Below, in pieces: positions 15,001-21,802 of a stretch of DNA of 64,000 nt. The translations under genes were made by a program, and so were the position numbers. Source of the stretch: a virus; the IMG/VR virus record IMGVR_UViG_3300034062_002410, positions 21,293-85,292 of that record; one strand, 5' to 3'. A model generated the notes under the pieces. It worked only from the letters and a program-made list of their open reading frames with translations, ran no database searches and was not told the origin of the DNA. Every line of letters starts with the position of its first letter. Positions within the stretch are counted from its first letter, which is position 1.

Positions 15001-15722
15001 TAGCAATGACAAGACCAAGAAATAAATTGGTAATGTTCTCTGAATTAAAAGAAGGTGAGTTTTTAACTGAGAAGCAAAAGGAAAATATGGTTCCTACTGG
15101 TGAATCATTACAACCTGAAGAAATAAAATTAGGAGTAGAAGAACTATTTAATTCTAATTCTGAATTATCTTCTATTGGAACTCCTCAACAATACTCTCAA
15201 TACTTAAATACTATATTTCCTGATAGTCAAGTAAAAGATATTGTTTATCATGGCACATTAAATAAGTTTGAATTTTTTGATAAGTCAAATCTTGGAATAA
15301 ACACTTTTAAAGATAGACCTAAAGGATTTTATTTTACTAGAAAGAATGTAGCTGAATATCTTTATGGTACTTTTAAGCAGATATCGCAAGAAACAGGAAA
15401 AGAAGAATTTGTAAAAGGTAATTTAATTAGTGCAGTTATTAATACTAAAGAACAATATCAATTAGTCCAAGAAAAAGATGATATTAGCGGTTATGGAGAT
15501 TTTGTTGAATATGAATCTCATGTAGTATTTGAACCAGAACAAATACATATATTAGGAAGTAAAGATGATATAAAAGGATTTAAAGAGTTTGTAGAAAAGC
15601 AATCTACTCAAGAAGTAAAAGAAAAAGTTCAAGAAACTAAAAAAAATACAGTATCTTCAGCAATTGAAAATCAAATTGAAGAACTTATCAAAAAAGGTAT
15701 TATTAAATCTAAATGTGATTAA
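3..15722 (+). CDS. Giant virion-associated two-barrel RNA polymerase polyprotein (crAss-like vRNAP) with accessory C-terminal domains; 5'-truncated by the window
   Basis: The frame is open from nt 3 (LKKEAAKEGVKP...) to the ATG at 333, so the real start lies upstream of the window. Motifs FRIPTSGHMS (~8337) and KGLDFDVDKE (DFDVD at 8457-8471) match the catalytic DxDxD of crAss-like virion RNAPs. Confidence 0.9.
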   Translation, partial: LKKEAAKEGVKPLDIQERLAEYKETKEADRYDYLIEQINEVYAVETENFNNSTQEAIDYEQGQLDIANKRLSTLESQPTEVKPDIILSGLAGGFKGVSKNSFDVRNSTEVMNNVNSGKSFSEIVEYKGKKYVVVGLRLDTARFSTTVGRDNYSFAVAELNENTPNNIVEILETSAKENFKNIYSDFNNNDVIRPITEQNKELSALKSKPTVEQKQTKAVKPLNFVISGIGGIGRGGFRVWKSQNYNVEAGGNEAQDNRSKQEVSELTNPTDKTRLIGRFYSVDQGDKVTYYANTNEVAFDNEFKRLTDAVNRGASVQVSVTVNKSDNVNEADIQKALLEKLTQVVEVSVDKNTFKANPQADFSGISLNEINPTKQQEQVTLSQKEQEILNSFKDNKASKPLLNRKFAANKSEIESLLAKGIIKEDGNNYVIAGREAQEVTLTVQKTKAEQVADNLLAKQFTRNAEGTYNLQINLKALSPEEKADIEDAVKVIKERIKNNQLDGWEINKVSNPLFEVVTITKPNLTSNQPMEEGDVSYQPDEIPTLTKEQEEKIKDLIESYVNTMEIDNNKFPTFEELVKSYIRTVGKEKAEKHLKLLGTGWELNGYGTISDYNAILRKLFGKREDIALGISAMSEELSQSVAAPEEVEVKQDELIKKEEIKDSAEPIDVTPDKQVVYSTETDIVSDTSPKLGYSVFDFSISQKVRGKDGKIIVTTDTINEGLKKKQDGLVKAIKTANFENVKVGAKLTVSVNPLNELNRVKSWVIPARVEDKNSPLYGTDVLENGKVKTIKFGEWLDQKVKESGLPVEEFMETQEFWDRVPILVSDEQGDFIAQVHDIGWYTPAKFNGDIKEAKRNVNEIRKLIKEAFKRGENSVFEITNITGGKTDGLKLTELVPLKKANPQAMMGLIVKDKDGNFQTFIYENGKRKEVKVENLSVITGAEQNKTKSMMKVDIRRWGTDADGKPTYKAFYSTSPKLSASQVNTVKNIIYSKLIVANNNLSTSQNNKFGKLLNAINSTIGSDITNNESFTDLLKRFVFISPVKNVSQEYRQGLINKVNEGNISEVENTLATSYFKNINKLEPGQTTILSLAPDILVVAKNGSNGIEVKIINKNTIPVENNEIVNNQEFLQRDALLQEALQNSLLNGYAQVGNYKQPVIQVNNDFTLTTVANNYPEFVQNNVLTNLMSVNVGTNDKPVYATRLQSNIYYKPVGTAPGKSVSRKEGQTMVSDSKVTEKDKQAITNVVESTSDEAFEEAVEGVEQDGFELFGDTVEEKAEDLKEVVKQMSNESKEIVENHLEAGPNLDNISEYNEFLNQASNKVKWVNEYFNEDNTESAESLESNQPREIGEEDVEDMAINLLRINGVSSRHQSQLANYASVKLGDILSTKEINQQEVRDKVVEDITNTLNANKESLQETLAQLKSIPQYQDRPKVMELVVKYETALNKINLVLDNIDVIYKQSVAIALKDLNGKVIENDEIEVGDDPNDNDLDNQENEEDVDDELSEEEDRHLGTENYSKTSLEVNPKASITSTLRRFMRGIPDISPTTGLPKSGAMGVTTYVDFDTVYDVVQSLLADAPVDFNMMMDILEVNKNKQPWLPILINKLKESSSEVKNQFTTTMGKHALTMEFLMYSFDKEGNATFKIVNTNLSSINRKIKDEWSNNLTSSNVLIDEYGNVSRDTVDELLNEYNSWMKTPSVLSSVHQRFIKERLKLGETSFNADENNKTLNISVELAQQKTNSKITNIDGKEYLVSIGSDDVVYVTPYERNIVSKALVDYASLTPAESKEAIEKIKDWFDAFGIELTDNAIDGLFKNPKVSASQFFEQSNNFAVGSLVKWLDTTRKAFSQDKEVTITEGSKNNPLDNSAVSDLAYHQSKYSSGIVTSSFRDGKKSIYGFTAFKFITDRANEIKNKPEFRDNLRKLSFSKNSFWLQLFEDGIDLPVYNFKERFNVTHLGLTALKEFAKKLYRDNGITSLGDVDHELVKVGMHQADQGALSKPFTVFGQQISLRNITALFPTMSDKSTMTLVKTLGLNLTDKKYFDKTENGKLVPNKSIAEFIFEQTVLPEIERVINFNAKNPNGTDIKNYDKGAKMLLLMPHLNDLVIFEKDGKKITLNEAINTKNAKLQKVLSKKDVILAEVQNYVSALVEEKMKVWAANGYYTVEEKDGKTKVTNNLLDKKYMEGVVADSQLEKIELAAMDFEINQMLSNANAFMTMIGDPAIYYKADSSKSFIQQSKETFTNVGKRLALMIAPGSKLADSETEQYTQVMLEDRVAMSENISFLTEVLDNKKFDWKEYNRIKSLNTKSDDPVKAKELKDEQKKQFEEFYDKYPNSNGYFNIEGTDAQEYTTWQEHLHILEKLGRLNDATVSITPEEIREAKEMFANNTPYSQMSDKQKGILKKVLQPIKPVYTGQIFDEAQDVMRTVYIKSSSFPLIPQVTEGTELNKLKEALEALQKEGAGPNPSPYKYVRASYQSANKVGAKAKALNMYEDDGSIKDLKVEDLKASSLTLNRKDFKIQLDVPYKSFKKKEDTVSLGTQLTKILFGNGVMDATGFMYNGKPIDGVELEKEYTKAFIELVNYKTQQLYDELGIDIKTNKPIDVRATAAKLQNILKTEAINRGYSKQDVEALEVIIKEVNGEEDLTFKLPLWLAANANRFESLLNAVVNNRIVKLKFPGSSFVAGSEEGFKIQKDFKGVDKNKIVWTKNWNGKELQAAKYDADGNLQYAQVIAPSKFRKKDGTLIDLLERKNNKYVYVTETKQGFKLKEDMIDPELRNITAFRIPTSGHMSAAQVEIVGFLPNEQGDLMIVPKNLTKQKGLDFDVDKENTYSLWHETDENGKITVLKEGDKEKLLQNEIIKIHTAVLSNPDKEVQKKINNILSIDYAKEQAENIDSMISSSKDETYFTPLGSEYQKNKMFLGASGKIGIGAYSLDVTTHSLFEQAKAKGNQVSLNYTDIDEKGKTIANPFNMSFEGEGRTDGTLGNQQTIDGQRTIAQVLSELQNIATDNEKEQVMGRVNLNSYTLDVSKILAMLGFDKAKNGNSIQFTFLSQPIIREYVKEMDNVNSNVAKFNPNKESAVINKLLEKYGNKNYELGYDVDVQNTKNFTMDKMENQLRGEVDNDFQLAVLNRFLELKKLGLAVRTLQGAINTDSKGLGKSILDNSQKIESINNLLSNPVITNAGELLGNFIPIVKYEKGKRIKALSDAEYQSYINDGYVKFGDNLFLPTTVSGVFTARALVTATSLWDRHFPYNSKLFNSIFENLMPLISKSEASDAKKVEKKSMVIKEIKRFLNSYSASNTLFDNINAQAERERLFFDRPSTGKVSLATYIKELKKANSSLASNKLIERLELVANTQGEPSLIKFNNTSAGFYDENGLNNALLELMELNLNLPSFNNEPYTSRKLAQDLITYSYLEGGVQEATQFVKFIPLSYLNKMGFTFGLSNIDFDSMGAYSIFDINPDLLNTNSKFITQFVQHNPGILPKLDNYIPKIGDIKNISEVTEFNIEKMLNAIEYQGMTAAEFYDYYKMDAKQIEEFKIALANKVSNFSMPEFVALRKDGEYLLWKSAGNGNYVQVPVVQSGISEYDSNVQQITPLSSEIVTPQNPVKEQPLSPSSDESKVTNETRFGLGTDASLTDIVTNLANSTSIDEYLITLAKQLLPAINPTTSITVDNIKTRGKYKRAENAITISASQAKNATDTELARTILKELMHSITDNELGKHVYRSSGDNKYYLKSSDAPKHISVLINLFNQVSKIPEFENAIESIKKKLAIEGQEQALTPEENRIYYGAYDVYEFVEMMMTQPEFQQEMAKIKTGNGKSVLDLFKNFLNTLFKNLGIQFETGTVASEAIENILILVDEKGRLKQQPTQTQLIASTQTESNLFSKDEIDAIKGNYLNADDLSIEQLKTVGSPLSLKLAKLKEDIKSASPFNKADMKLKAMDFLINNEEKLIKELQIFIQQTPEVKPTTTSSLPGPETKINIYAGTRENAELSNFAIRPFTIDYARIGEYGLGKIKFQSVEQAFQYIKFEDLPYTEENVKTANEILKTVDGAKLRQLGKQFKGLNKSSWDNISSPMMKQLIQRSFEQNPDALQKLLATGNATLTHKSPYKDDKWTTEFPKLLMEVREELKGQQPTTTTQPSTQEIQMPKPTGVFTERLNEIRKIYSGNKSYINTNVSGAEAWEQINAQQGNVKPEDIYNIKDEIGGNLFEYFNRAYQYITGNKLVQDKNFVIPINQSSKSTTTTQPIVTQEVSKSDLEKLKQTPEGKKIEKERQEELKPYLVTSIDDKINIINENLGKMGFAGLANSPSIIFTFNEREPSTSFLQKPITKEGSNYRIITSRYNVLVDKDFNIISTTNVDTGKTYKYKESEIGNSIVEIGRVPDNFKVSQLIEQLFNENTAYKQNKQEEINKKYDEELIAEYRKQEVKPTPTVSNSIKNDLLNILEDIKRETDDESLNDNLEFPVVNASEFSGYPNIQKYLNTEYGIEQREYEFFKLHKDVVEDLLSSMKEVNPTNLLEKLKSVTDTNDTGVDSNIKPIITSDTKKDQELIKKANEQIKNTKYELFPGVGANVKQTEALDKLTDFLKAPIDKSEKTQSTFVLVGRGGTGKTTIVKKIVDEFPGSKVVGGAISHTAKNNLQKSLRGKTVRTIASLTGIGVFDDLNDFKDTTLSRADIIIIDECSMIDTATMNRIYQLANPNAKIIFMGDNVQLPPIEKNTKESPTFNAATKPENNAKLTKRMRQGEDSPIVPLSDIVAENIERSEKEIERKVIKRRDSNFNPVTNKGVIFTDNNAELMSNLERDFKADVQNTKIITYTNDEGKTGNPGNKKEMNGVVRKILWGADAKNEYNVGEILVADNIIYDANILNGEYYEVQGIKPINDAVSITAVELIPGKGIVTNQKKFPGYSLKVKVISETDNFNKIITLNLPSADSKQKIDEIQEGLKTANKSLFYQNKKIIPDVNYGYAITSHKAQGSTFNNTYVMEDNIINSGMSNKEANQALYVAMTRPRNKLVMFSELKEGEFLTEKQKENMVPTGESLQPEEIKLGVEELFNSNSELSSIGTPQQYSQYLNTIFPDSQVKDIVYHGTLNKFEFFDKSNLGINTFKDRPKGFYFTRKNVAEYLYGTFKQISQETGKEEFVKGNLISAVINTKEQYQLVQEKDDISGYGDFVEYESHVVFEPEQIHILGSKDDIKGFKEFVEKQSTQEVKEKVQETKKNTVSSAIENQIEELIKKGIIKSKCD
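11020..11430 (+). other. Zincin-like metalloprotease domain inside the vRNAP, with a degenerate motif (KELMH instead of HExxH)
   Basis: RGKY...NAITIS...ARTILKELMHSITD, followed by DVYEFVEMMMTQPEF, the usual downstream Glu helix. Confidence 0.6.
11925..12385 (+). other. NADAR (YbiA-like) domain inside the vRNAP
   Basis: LSNFAIRPF, FQSVEQAFQYIKF, LRQLGK, W...MKQLIQRSFEQNP, LLATGNATLTH, W...PKLLMEVRE. Confidence 0.8.
13710..15040 (+). other. RecD/Dda-like SF1B helicase domain inside the vRNAP
   Basis: Walker A GRGGTGKT (13800-13823), Walker B IIIDECSM, MGDNVQLPP, LTKRMRQ, YAITSHKAQGSTF, LYVAMTRPR. Confidence 0.9.
15130..15600 (+). other. ADP-ribosyltransferase-like (ART-PolyVal-type) domain at the vRNAP C-terminus
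   Basis: IVYHGT...F.FFD..NLG...GFYFT...A..Y, then EYESHVVFEPEQI. Confidence 0.6.
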
Positions 15723-15733
15723 ATTTATATAAC

Positions 15734-18700
15734 ATGGGATGTACTTATGAATTTATGGGTAAACTTTATACTAAGGAGCAACTAACTCAGTTGCTCCAAG
15801 ATAAAGGCATTCAGAATAAAATAAAAGTATTAGAAAGTAATATTAAACAAGATTATGGAGTATCTAATTCTCCTGAAGAAATATCTTATGAGTTTTCAGA
15901 AGATGATTTTGTAGCTTTTGATGATACTATAGCTACTAATGATGATAACATAAACTTTGATGCTGCTCAAGAAACTGATGCAGATATGGTATTAGATTAT
16001 GATAAACTTGTAAAGTTTAAAAAGAATCTACTTAATACACTTAACAATAGAATTGCTAATCTTAAAAGTTTTATAAATACATTAACTGATAAAAATAAAG
16101 TAAAAGAGAACACTAAGTTATTAGAAGAGTTACAAGAAAGAGCTAATGTATTAGACCAGGAAATATATAATGAAAAAAATGCAGGTGAAACATCTTTGCA
16201 GAAATTAAAGTTTCAAGCTGAAAGAGATTTACAAAGACTTGAAAAACTATTAAGTCCTAATGAAGGATTAACAGATGATTATGAAAACTTACAAGAAGCT
16301 AGAAAAATACTTAACTTTTATAAAGCATTAGAATTAGTTAGGAATAAAGTTGATGTAGATAATAATGCATTTAGTGTTCATCCATTTTTTAATATTGAAG
16401 AAATATTAGGACCTGATGGTAATCCTATTCTATCTGATGAAGTAGCTGCTGTATTTAATAATATAGCAGCAGAATTTAAGAAAAGAGAGAAGCCATATAA
16501 TGATAGACAAAAAGTATTATTAGAGAGAATAATTAATTCTAATCCTAAAGTAAGAGAAATAATAGGAGAAAAAACCTATGATGAATTAATGGAAAATCTT
16601 GATGATGCTCATTATGTTGATATGTGGATGATGGAAGCTAATAGAGGTATATTTTCTAAAAATGGTTTAATACCACAAGTAGCATTAGAAATAATACAAG
16701 ATAATGATACTGAAGCTTTAAGTAAACATAAAACATTTGAAGAAAAACATAATGAACTTTTACCTAAAGTAAGAGCAGCATTGAAAAGATTAAACACAGG
16801 ATTACTTTCAGGACTTAAAGGAGTATCATATAAAATATTTTTTCAACAACTATTGCCTGGAAAAACAGGAAATAAAATAGTAAATAGATTTTCACAAGAT
16901 TACTTTGATAAACTTAGTGATGTACTATTTAGATTTAAAGAATCATTGTTAAAAGCTCAAGCATTATCTCCAACAGAATTAAATGAAGAAGGAGATGAAG
17001 TAAGAAAGAAAGCTATAAATAGTGCTTATGAAGCTAAACAAAAATGGTTTAGAGAAAATACAATGATGCTTGATGTTAGGAAATTACCTGAAATTGCAGC
17101 TATATTTCCTGAATTTGAATTACAATATCAAGATGATGGAGGTAAACATAAAAAAGAGTTAATAGCACAATTAGGTCAAATAGGATATAAAGAGCAATTA
17201 AATAAACAGGTTAATGAAATTAAAAAATATATAGCCTGGAGAGATTCAATTCAAGAAATGTTTCTTGAACAAAAAAATGCAGAAAGTATAGGTGACCTAA
17301 CTAAAGAAGAGTTAAATGAACTTAAGCTTACATTAGGAACTCATAATCCATTTAATGCAGCTGCTTATTTTTATGATAATGAAAAACTTAAAATAGGAGG
17401 TAAGTTTGAAAATAGTTCAATGAACTACAACATAACTGTTCCAAGAAAATATACTGTTGAAGCATTAATAAATGCAAATGGTAAACTTACTATTAGTCCA
17501 ACTCAAAATGAAACAGGATTTTATGATAAAAATTATGAAACTATAGAATCTGATAAAGATTTAAAAGCTTACTATGATTTGATTAGTGAAAGAATGGAAC
17601 AAGTAAGTGAAATATTTCCTGAAGAAATTAGAAAGAATTTATTTTCAGGTTCTTTGTCTATGATTAGAAAAACAGTAGCTGAAATATTAACTGACCCTAA
17701 TATTCCAATTCTTAAAAGAATATCTAAAGCACTTAATCAAATATATGAAAATATTAAATTAGGATTTGGAGTAAATCCTAATGAGAGTATTCATCAAGAT
17801 ACCTTAGATGTTATTACTAATAGGGCAGAACCTAAAGTAAATTCATCATTTTTAAATAATAATAAAGAAGCTATATCAGAAAGATTTGATATTGTAAGAA
17901 GAAAATTAAATAATGAATTAAGAAAAGCAGGATTACCTTTAAGAGTAAATAAATATACTGAGATATTAACTGATGCCTTACCTTATCCTGTAGTAAAGTT
18001 ATTAGCTGAAAAATTAGGAATACCTGCAACTACTAATGCATTAAAAGCAAAGTTTGGTGAAAAGATAAAAGTAGGTGATGTATTATATAAACTAACCATA
18101 TCAGATATAGTTGAGGAAAACTCATTAGACTTACCTAAGATTGTAAAATATTATTCAATGATGGGTGCTGAATATGAAGCAAGACAAAAATCATTACCAT
18201 TAATATCAATACTTAAACAACACTATAATCAAATTAAAACTTCATTAAAAGCAGGGCAAACTTTAAGAACAAGAGCTAATACTCAATTTGAGTCTTGGTT
18301 TAATAGAGTAGTTTTAGGTAATCAATTTGAAGAAAAATATGGAGTTGAAAGTCAAAGTACACTTGAAGAAAAGAAAACTGTTAAAGATAAAGTAAATGCA
18401 TTTTTTAAAGGTAGACTTCTTTCAGGTCAAGAAGAAACTATGAGAAGAGATATTAACTCTTTAATTAATGATATAGATAAACAAATTGTTGAGTTATTAC
18501 AAGAAGGCACATTAGAATCTCAAGTAAAAATTAATAAATTACAAGATGAAAAAGCAGAATTAATTACTAAAAGAGAAGGATTAGGAAAAAGAAGAGCATT
18601 GTCAAAAGGTATTGATTCATTATTAGGTCATGTTAGATTTTTAGGATTAGGTTATAAACTTAGTTCTATGGTAACTAACTTTTTAGAAGGTCAAATAGCT

Positions 18701-20371
18701 AATATGACGATTGCTGCAACAGGAGATTATTTTGAACCTAAACATTATTATAGAGCATTGCATATTGTTAAAGGTAGTATATTTAAAAATGCTACTCTTG
18801 GTGGATATGCAACTAAAGGTGCAAAGAAAACAAGAATATTTGCTGATAGATTTGATATACTTCAAGATTCAACTAATGAATTACAAAAAGCATCTCAAAA
18901 AACTGCATTAAGTTATGTAGATTATGTAACTCCATATACAGGTAACAAAAGAGTAGAGTATTTAAACCAAACTCCACTTATGGATGCAATAATGTTGAAT
19001 ACTGAAATTACAGGATTAAATGGTGAGAAAAGTAGTTTATGGGATGCATTAGATGAAAATTGTAAATTACTACCTAAATTTAGAACTAAAGAAAATATTG
19101 AAGCATGGGAACAAGGAAAAGGAGAAAAAGCTCAAGAATTTAAAAAGAATGTTAGTAATGCTATTACAACTGCTCATGGTAACTATGATAAGTTAAGAGG
19201 TATTATGGCTAAAGAATCAGTAGCAGGAAAAGTAATATTAATGTTTAAAACCTGGATGGGTTCTCAATTATACCAAAGACTTGCTATTGAACAAGATGAT
19301 TTATCAGCAAATGCTAAAGGATATAAAGGTAGATATAGGTCACATACTAAAGCATCAGCATTTTTACATGGAGCAATGATAGGTGGAGTTTTTGCAGGAT
19401 TACCAGGTGCAGCTATTGCTGGTGGATTTGGTCTTGTACTTGCTTCATATAAAGGTAAAGCTATCAGTAAAACAGAAATGCAAGAAGGTGTAATAGGTGG
19501 ATTAAAAGAAACAGCATTTTTACTTAAATCGTTAGTTAGAAAAACAATAGGTACACCTATTAACCTTTTAGCAGGTAGAGAACTTATAAAAGAATATGGT
19601 AATTATGATAAGTTAGTAGGTGAAAATTTTACAGAAAGAGATAAGAAAAACATGAGAGCATTAATTGCTGAAATGTCAATTCAATTATCATTACTTGGAC
19701 TTGGATTATTAGTAAAACAATTATATTGGGATGATGATGACGATGAAGAAGACCCTAAAAGAATACAACATAATATCTTAATGAACTATGTAAATCAATT
19801 ACAAGAATCAGCAGCAGGGTATATTATATTACCTAATAGTTATGAAACATTATTTGGTAGAGTAGGTTTATTTGACTTTGCTAATAATGTTGGTAAAGTA
19901 GTAGTTGAATTAGAAGGATTACAAAGTGACAATGATATAGCAACTACTGGTTCTAATAAAGGAGAATCTAAATTATTAAAAGCACTTAAAAAAGTTACAT
20001 TACCTGCTATTTTAACTCAAGATGCATTTGGATTTGAAACTCTTGGCTCAAGACAATTTTCTCCTACATTTTATGATGATTGGTTTTGGGATGATGAAAA
20101 GAAAGCTAAAAAAATAATAGAACAAAAAAGAGCAGTAGTAAGAACTGAATTAGAAAAAGAAGGAATACCTGAAAAAGAAATACAAAAGTTATTAGATAAA
20201 AGTTTAAAACTACCTAAGGACATTAAAGACCCTAACAGTAGAACTGCTACTGAAAGCATTAAAGAAAAGAAACAAAAACTAACTCCTGAACAAAAGAAAA
20301 GATTAAAAGAGTTAGGAAAAGAATTAGAAGAAGAAGAAAAATCTAAAGAAGAAGATGAAGAGGAAAATTAA
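15734..20371 (+). CDS. Large virion/ejection (cargo) protein of the crAss RNAP gene cluster
   Basis: 1,545 aa, helical, directly downstream of the vRNAP; Gly/Ala-rich hydrophobic hairpin (GAMIGGVFAGLPGAAIAGGFGLVLA) typical of ejected proteins. Confidence 0.6.
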   Translation: MGCTYEFMGKLYTKEQLTQLLQDKGIQNKIKVLESNIKQDYGVSNSPEEISYEFSEDDFVAFDDTIATNDDNINFDAAQETDADMVLDYDKLVKFKKNLLNTLNNRIANLKSFINTLTDKNKVKENTKLLEELQERANVLDQEIYNEKNAGETSLQKLKFQAERDLQRLEKLLSPNEGLTDDYENLQEARKILNFYKALELVRNKVDVDNNAFSVHPFFNIEEILGPDGNPILSDEVAAVFNNIAAEFKKREKPYNDRQKVLLERIINSNPKVREIIGEKTYDELMENLDDAHYVDMWMMEANRGIFSKNGLIPQVALEIIQDNDTEALSKHKTFEEKHNELLPKVRAALKRLNTGLLSGLKGVSYKIFFQQLLPGKTGNKIVNRFSQDYFDKLSDVLFRFKESLLKAQALSPTELNEEGDEVRKKAINSAYEAKQKWFRENTMMLDVRKLPEIAAIFPEFELQYQDDGGKHKKELIAQLGQIGYKEQLNKQVNEIKKYIAWRDSIQEMFLEQKNAESIGDLTKEELNELKLTLGTHNPFNAAAYFYDNEKLKIGGKFENSSMNYNITVPRKYTVEALINANGKLTISPTQNETGFYDKNYETIESDKDLKAYYDLISERMEQVSEIFPEEIRKNLFSGSLSMIRKTVAEILTDPNIPILKRISKALNQIYENIKLGFGVNPNESIHQDTLDVITNRAEPKVNSSFLNNNKEAISERFDIVRRKLNNELRKAGLPLRVNKYTEILTDALPYPVVKLLAEKLGIPATTNALKAKFGEKIKVGDVLYKLTISDIVEENSLDLPKIVKYYSMMGAEYEARQKSLPLISILKQHYNQIKTSLKAGQTLRTRANTQFESWFNRVVLGNQFEEKYGVESQSTLEEKKTVKDKVNAFFKGRLLSGQEETMRRDINSLINDIDKQIVELLQEGTLESQVKINKLQDEKAELITKREGLGKRRALSKGIDSLLGHVRFLGLGYKLSSMVTNFLEGQIANMTIAATGDYFEPKHYYRALHIVKGSIFKNATLGGYATKGAKKTRIFADRFDILQDSTNELQKASQKTALSYVDYVTPYTGNKRVEYLNQTPLMDAIMLNTEITGLNGEKSSLWDALDENCKLLPKFRTKENIEAWEQGKGEKAQEFKKNVSNAITTAHGNYDKLRGIMAKESVAGKVILMFKTWMGSQLYQRLAIEQDDLSANAKGYKGRYRSHTKASAFLHGAMIGGVFAGLPGAAIAGGFGLVLASYKGKAISKTEMQEGVIGGLKETAFLLKSLVRKTIGTPINLLAGRELIKEYGNYDKLVGENFTERDKKNMRALIAEMSIQLSLLGLGLLVKQLYWDDDDDEEDPKRIQHNILMNYVNQLQESAAGYIILPNSYETLFGRVGLFDFANNVGKVVVELEGLQSDNDIATTGSNKGESKLLKALKKVTLPAILTQDAFGFETLGSRQFSPTFYDDWFWDDEKKAKKIIEQKRAVVRTELEKEGIPEKEIQKLLDKSLKLPKDIKDPNSRTATESIKEKKQKLTPEQKKRLKELGKELEEEEKSKEEDEEEN

Positions 20372-20396
20372 GACATTAATAGTTGGCTATAGAAAT

Positions 20397-20427
20397 AAAA
20401 AAGCAACCCATTACAGGTTGCTTTTTT
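20397..20427. terminator. Bidirectional intrinsic terminator at the convergence of the late and replication blocks
   Basis: AAAAAAGCAACC-cattaca-GGTTGCTTTTTT. Confidence 0.85.
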
Positions 20428-20474
20428 CATGGAAACACACAAATTAATAACACACAAGGAACACAAAAACTTTA

Positions 20475-21185
20475 TTAAAACTTAAATAAGTTATAAGAAA
20501 TTCCTACACCAATATATGGTACAGGTCTAAAATTTATAAGGTCTAACCCATATCCTCCTGTTATTCCAACTCCAAAATGTTTAGGTTTAGGTTGGGTTAC
20601 TTTATAAGCCATAATTTCTGAAACTTTAGAATATGGATTTTCATTAGTGACTAAAACTTCCATTTTCTTAGTCTTCTTGTTTCTAATAAAAGCTACTGAG
20701 TATTTGTTATTAAATTCTATTGAAATGTCAGAGCTTTGAAAATTGACTTTTCCTTTTAAATTTACCCAATCATTATTAAATTTTACAAGAAACTCTTCTC
20801 TTTCTTTTCCTGTACTATCAATATAAATTATAGTACTATCAGTTTCAAAAATAGTATCAAATTTTATTTTTTCCTGGAATACTGTTATTACTTCAGGTTT
20901 TTTGTTTTTGTATTTTTGAATTTCTGTTTGTAATGCTTTTACAATTTCTCTATCAGATTTAATTTCTAATACTTGTTTTGCATTTTCAACTTCCAATACT
21001 CCTATTTTAGATACTGCTCTACCATATTTATCTTTATAATGAATAACAGTATCTAAAACTAAAAGTTGAGATTGATATTTAGCTTTGTATTTAGTAACTA
21101 ATACTTTGTTACCACAATTACTGATTAACAATATAATAATTATAGTGATAAGAGTAATTATCAATGTTGTGTTGATGTTTTTCAT
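20475..21185 (-). CDS. Membrane-anchored coiled-coil protein, spanin-like candidate
   Basis: N-terminal TM followed by a Cys, coiled coil, and C-terminal amphipathic beta-hairpin ending in Phe (GVGITGGYG...YIGVGISYNLFKF). Confidence 0.45.
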   Translation of the reverse strand: MKNINTTLIITLITIIIILLISNCGNKVLVTKYKAKYQSQLLVLDTVIHYKDKYGRAVSKIGVLEVENAKQVLEIKSDREIVKALQTEIQKYKNKKPEVITVFQEKIKFDTIFETDSTIIYIDSTGKEREEFLVKFNNDWVNLKGKVNFQSSDISIEFNNKYSVAFIRNKKTKKMEVLVTNENPYSKVSEIMAYKVTQPKPKHFGVGITGGYGLDLINFRPVPYIGVGISYNLFKF

Positions 21186-21201
21186 AATAATAAATTTTAA
21201 T

Positions 21202-21233
21202 AAAAAAGTGAGATATTCCTACCTCACTTTTTT
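21202..21233 (-). terminator. Intrinsic terminator downstream of dUTPase
   Basis: AAAAAAGTGAG...CTCACTTTTTT inverted repeat. Confidence 0.7.
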
Positions 21234-21260
21234 CCCTAAAAAACCAAAACTATATAAAAA

Positions 21261-21764
21261 CTATAAAAGACCTGTGCTGCCAAAACCATCCATGTTTCTA
21301 TTTGTATTGCCAAGTTCATCAACTATTAAAAAAGAAACTACCTCATATTGAGTTAATACACCTTGTGCAATTCTTTCACCTATTGATACTTTAGATAAAG
21401 ATTGAGTCATATTACAAAGTATAATTCCAATTTCTCCTCTATAATCTGAGTCTATAGTTCCAGGAGAATTAAATACTTTAAGTCCTTTCTTTAAAGATAC
21501 TCCACTTCTATCTCTTATTTCTAATTGATAACCTTCAGGTATATCCATAAATAATCCTGTACCTATTAATACTCTTTCAAAAGGTCTTAATACTATATAA
21601 CCTTTTTGAATACTATGTTGTAAATTATCATCTAAAGATATTTCTTGAAGTCCTTTATATAGTTTTAAAAATGAATCTGCATATAAGTCAAATCCTGCTG
21701 CTACTTTAGTTGCATAAAATGGTAATTCAACTCCATCATTCTTTCTTTTTACTTTTACTATCAT
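21261..21764 (-). CDS. dut: Trimeric dUTPase
   Basis: AGFDL, RSG, GTIDSDYRGE, RIAQ and GFGSTG motifs. Confidence 0.95.
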   Translation of the reverse strand: MIVKVKRKNDGVELPFYATKVAAGFDLYADSFLKLYKGLQEISLDDNLQHSIQKGYIVLRPFERVLIGTGLFMDIPEGYQLEIRDRSGVSLKKGLKVFNSPGTIDSDYRGEIGIILCNMTQSLSKVSIGERIAQGVLTQYEVVSFLIVDELGNTNRNMDGFGSTGLL

Positions 21765-21784
21765 TGTATATATTAAATTTTATA

Positions 21785-21792
21785 CAAAAATA
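21785..21792 (-). promoter_or_regulatory. Bacteroidota -7 promoter box (TAnnTTTG) upstream of dut
   Basis: TATTTTTG on the minus strand, about 20 nt before the ATG. Confidence 0.4.
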
Positions 21793-21802
21793 AAACTTAT
21801 TT

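Noticed and set aside
414-20259. Short antisense or out-of-frame ORFs nested in the giant genes (and similar ones at 30834, 33375, 35890, 42017, 54334-55678, 58009, 63018)
   Set aside because: Shadow ORFs of strongly biased coding sequence with no motifs
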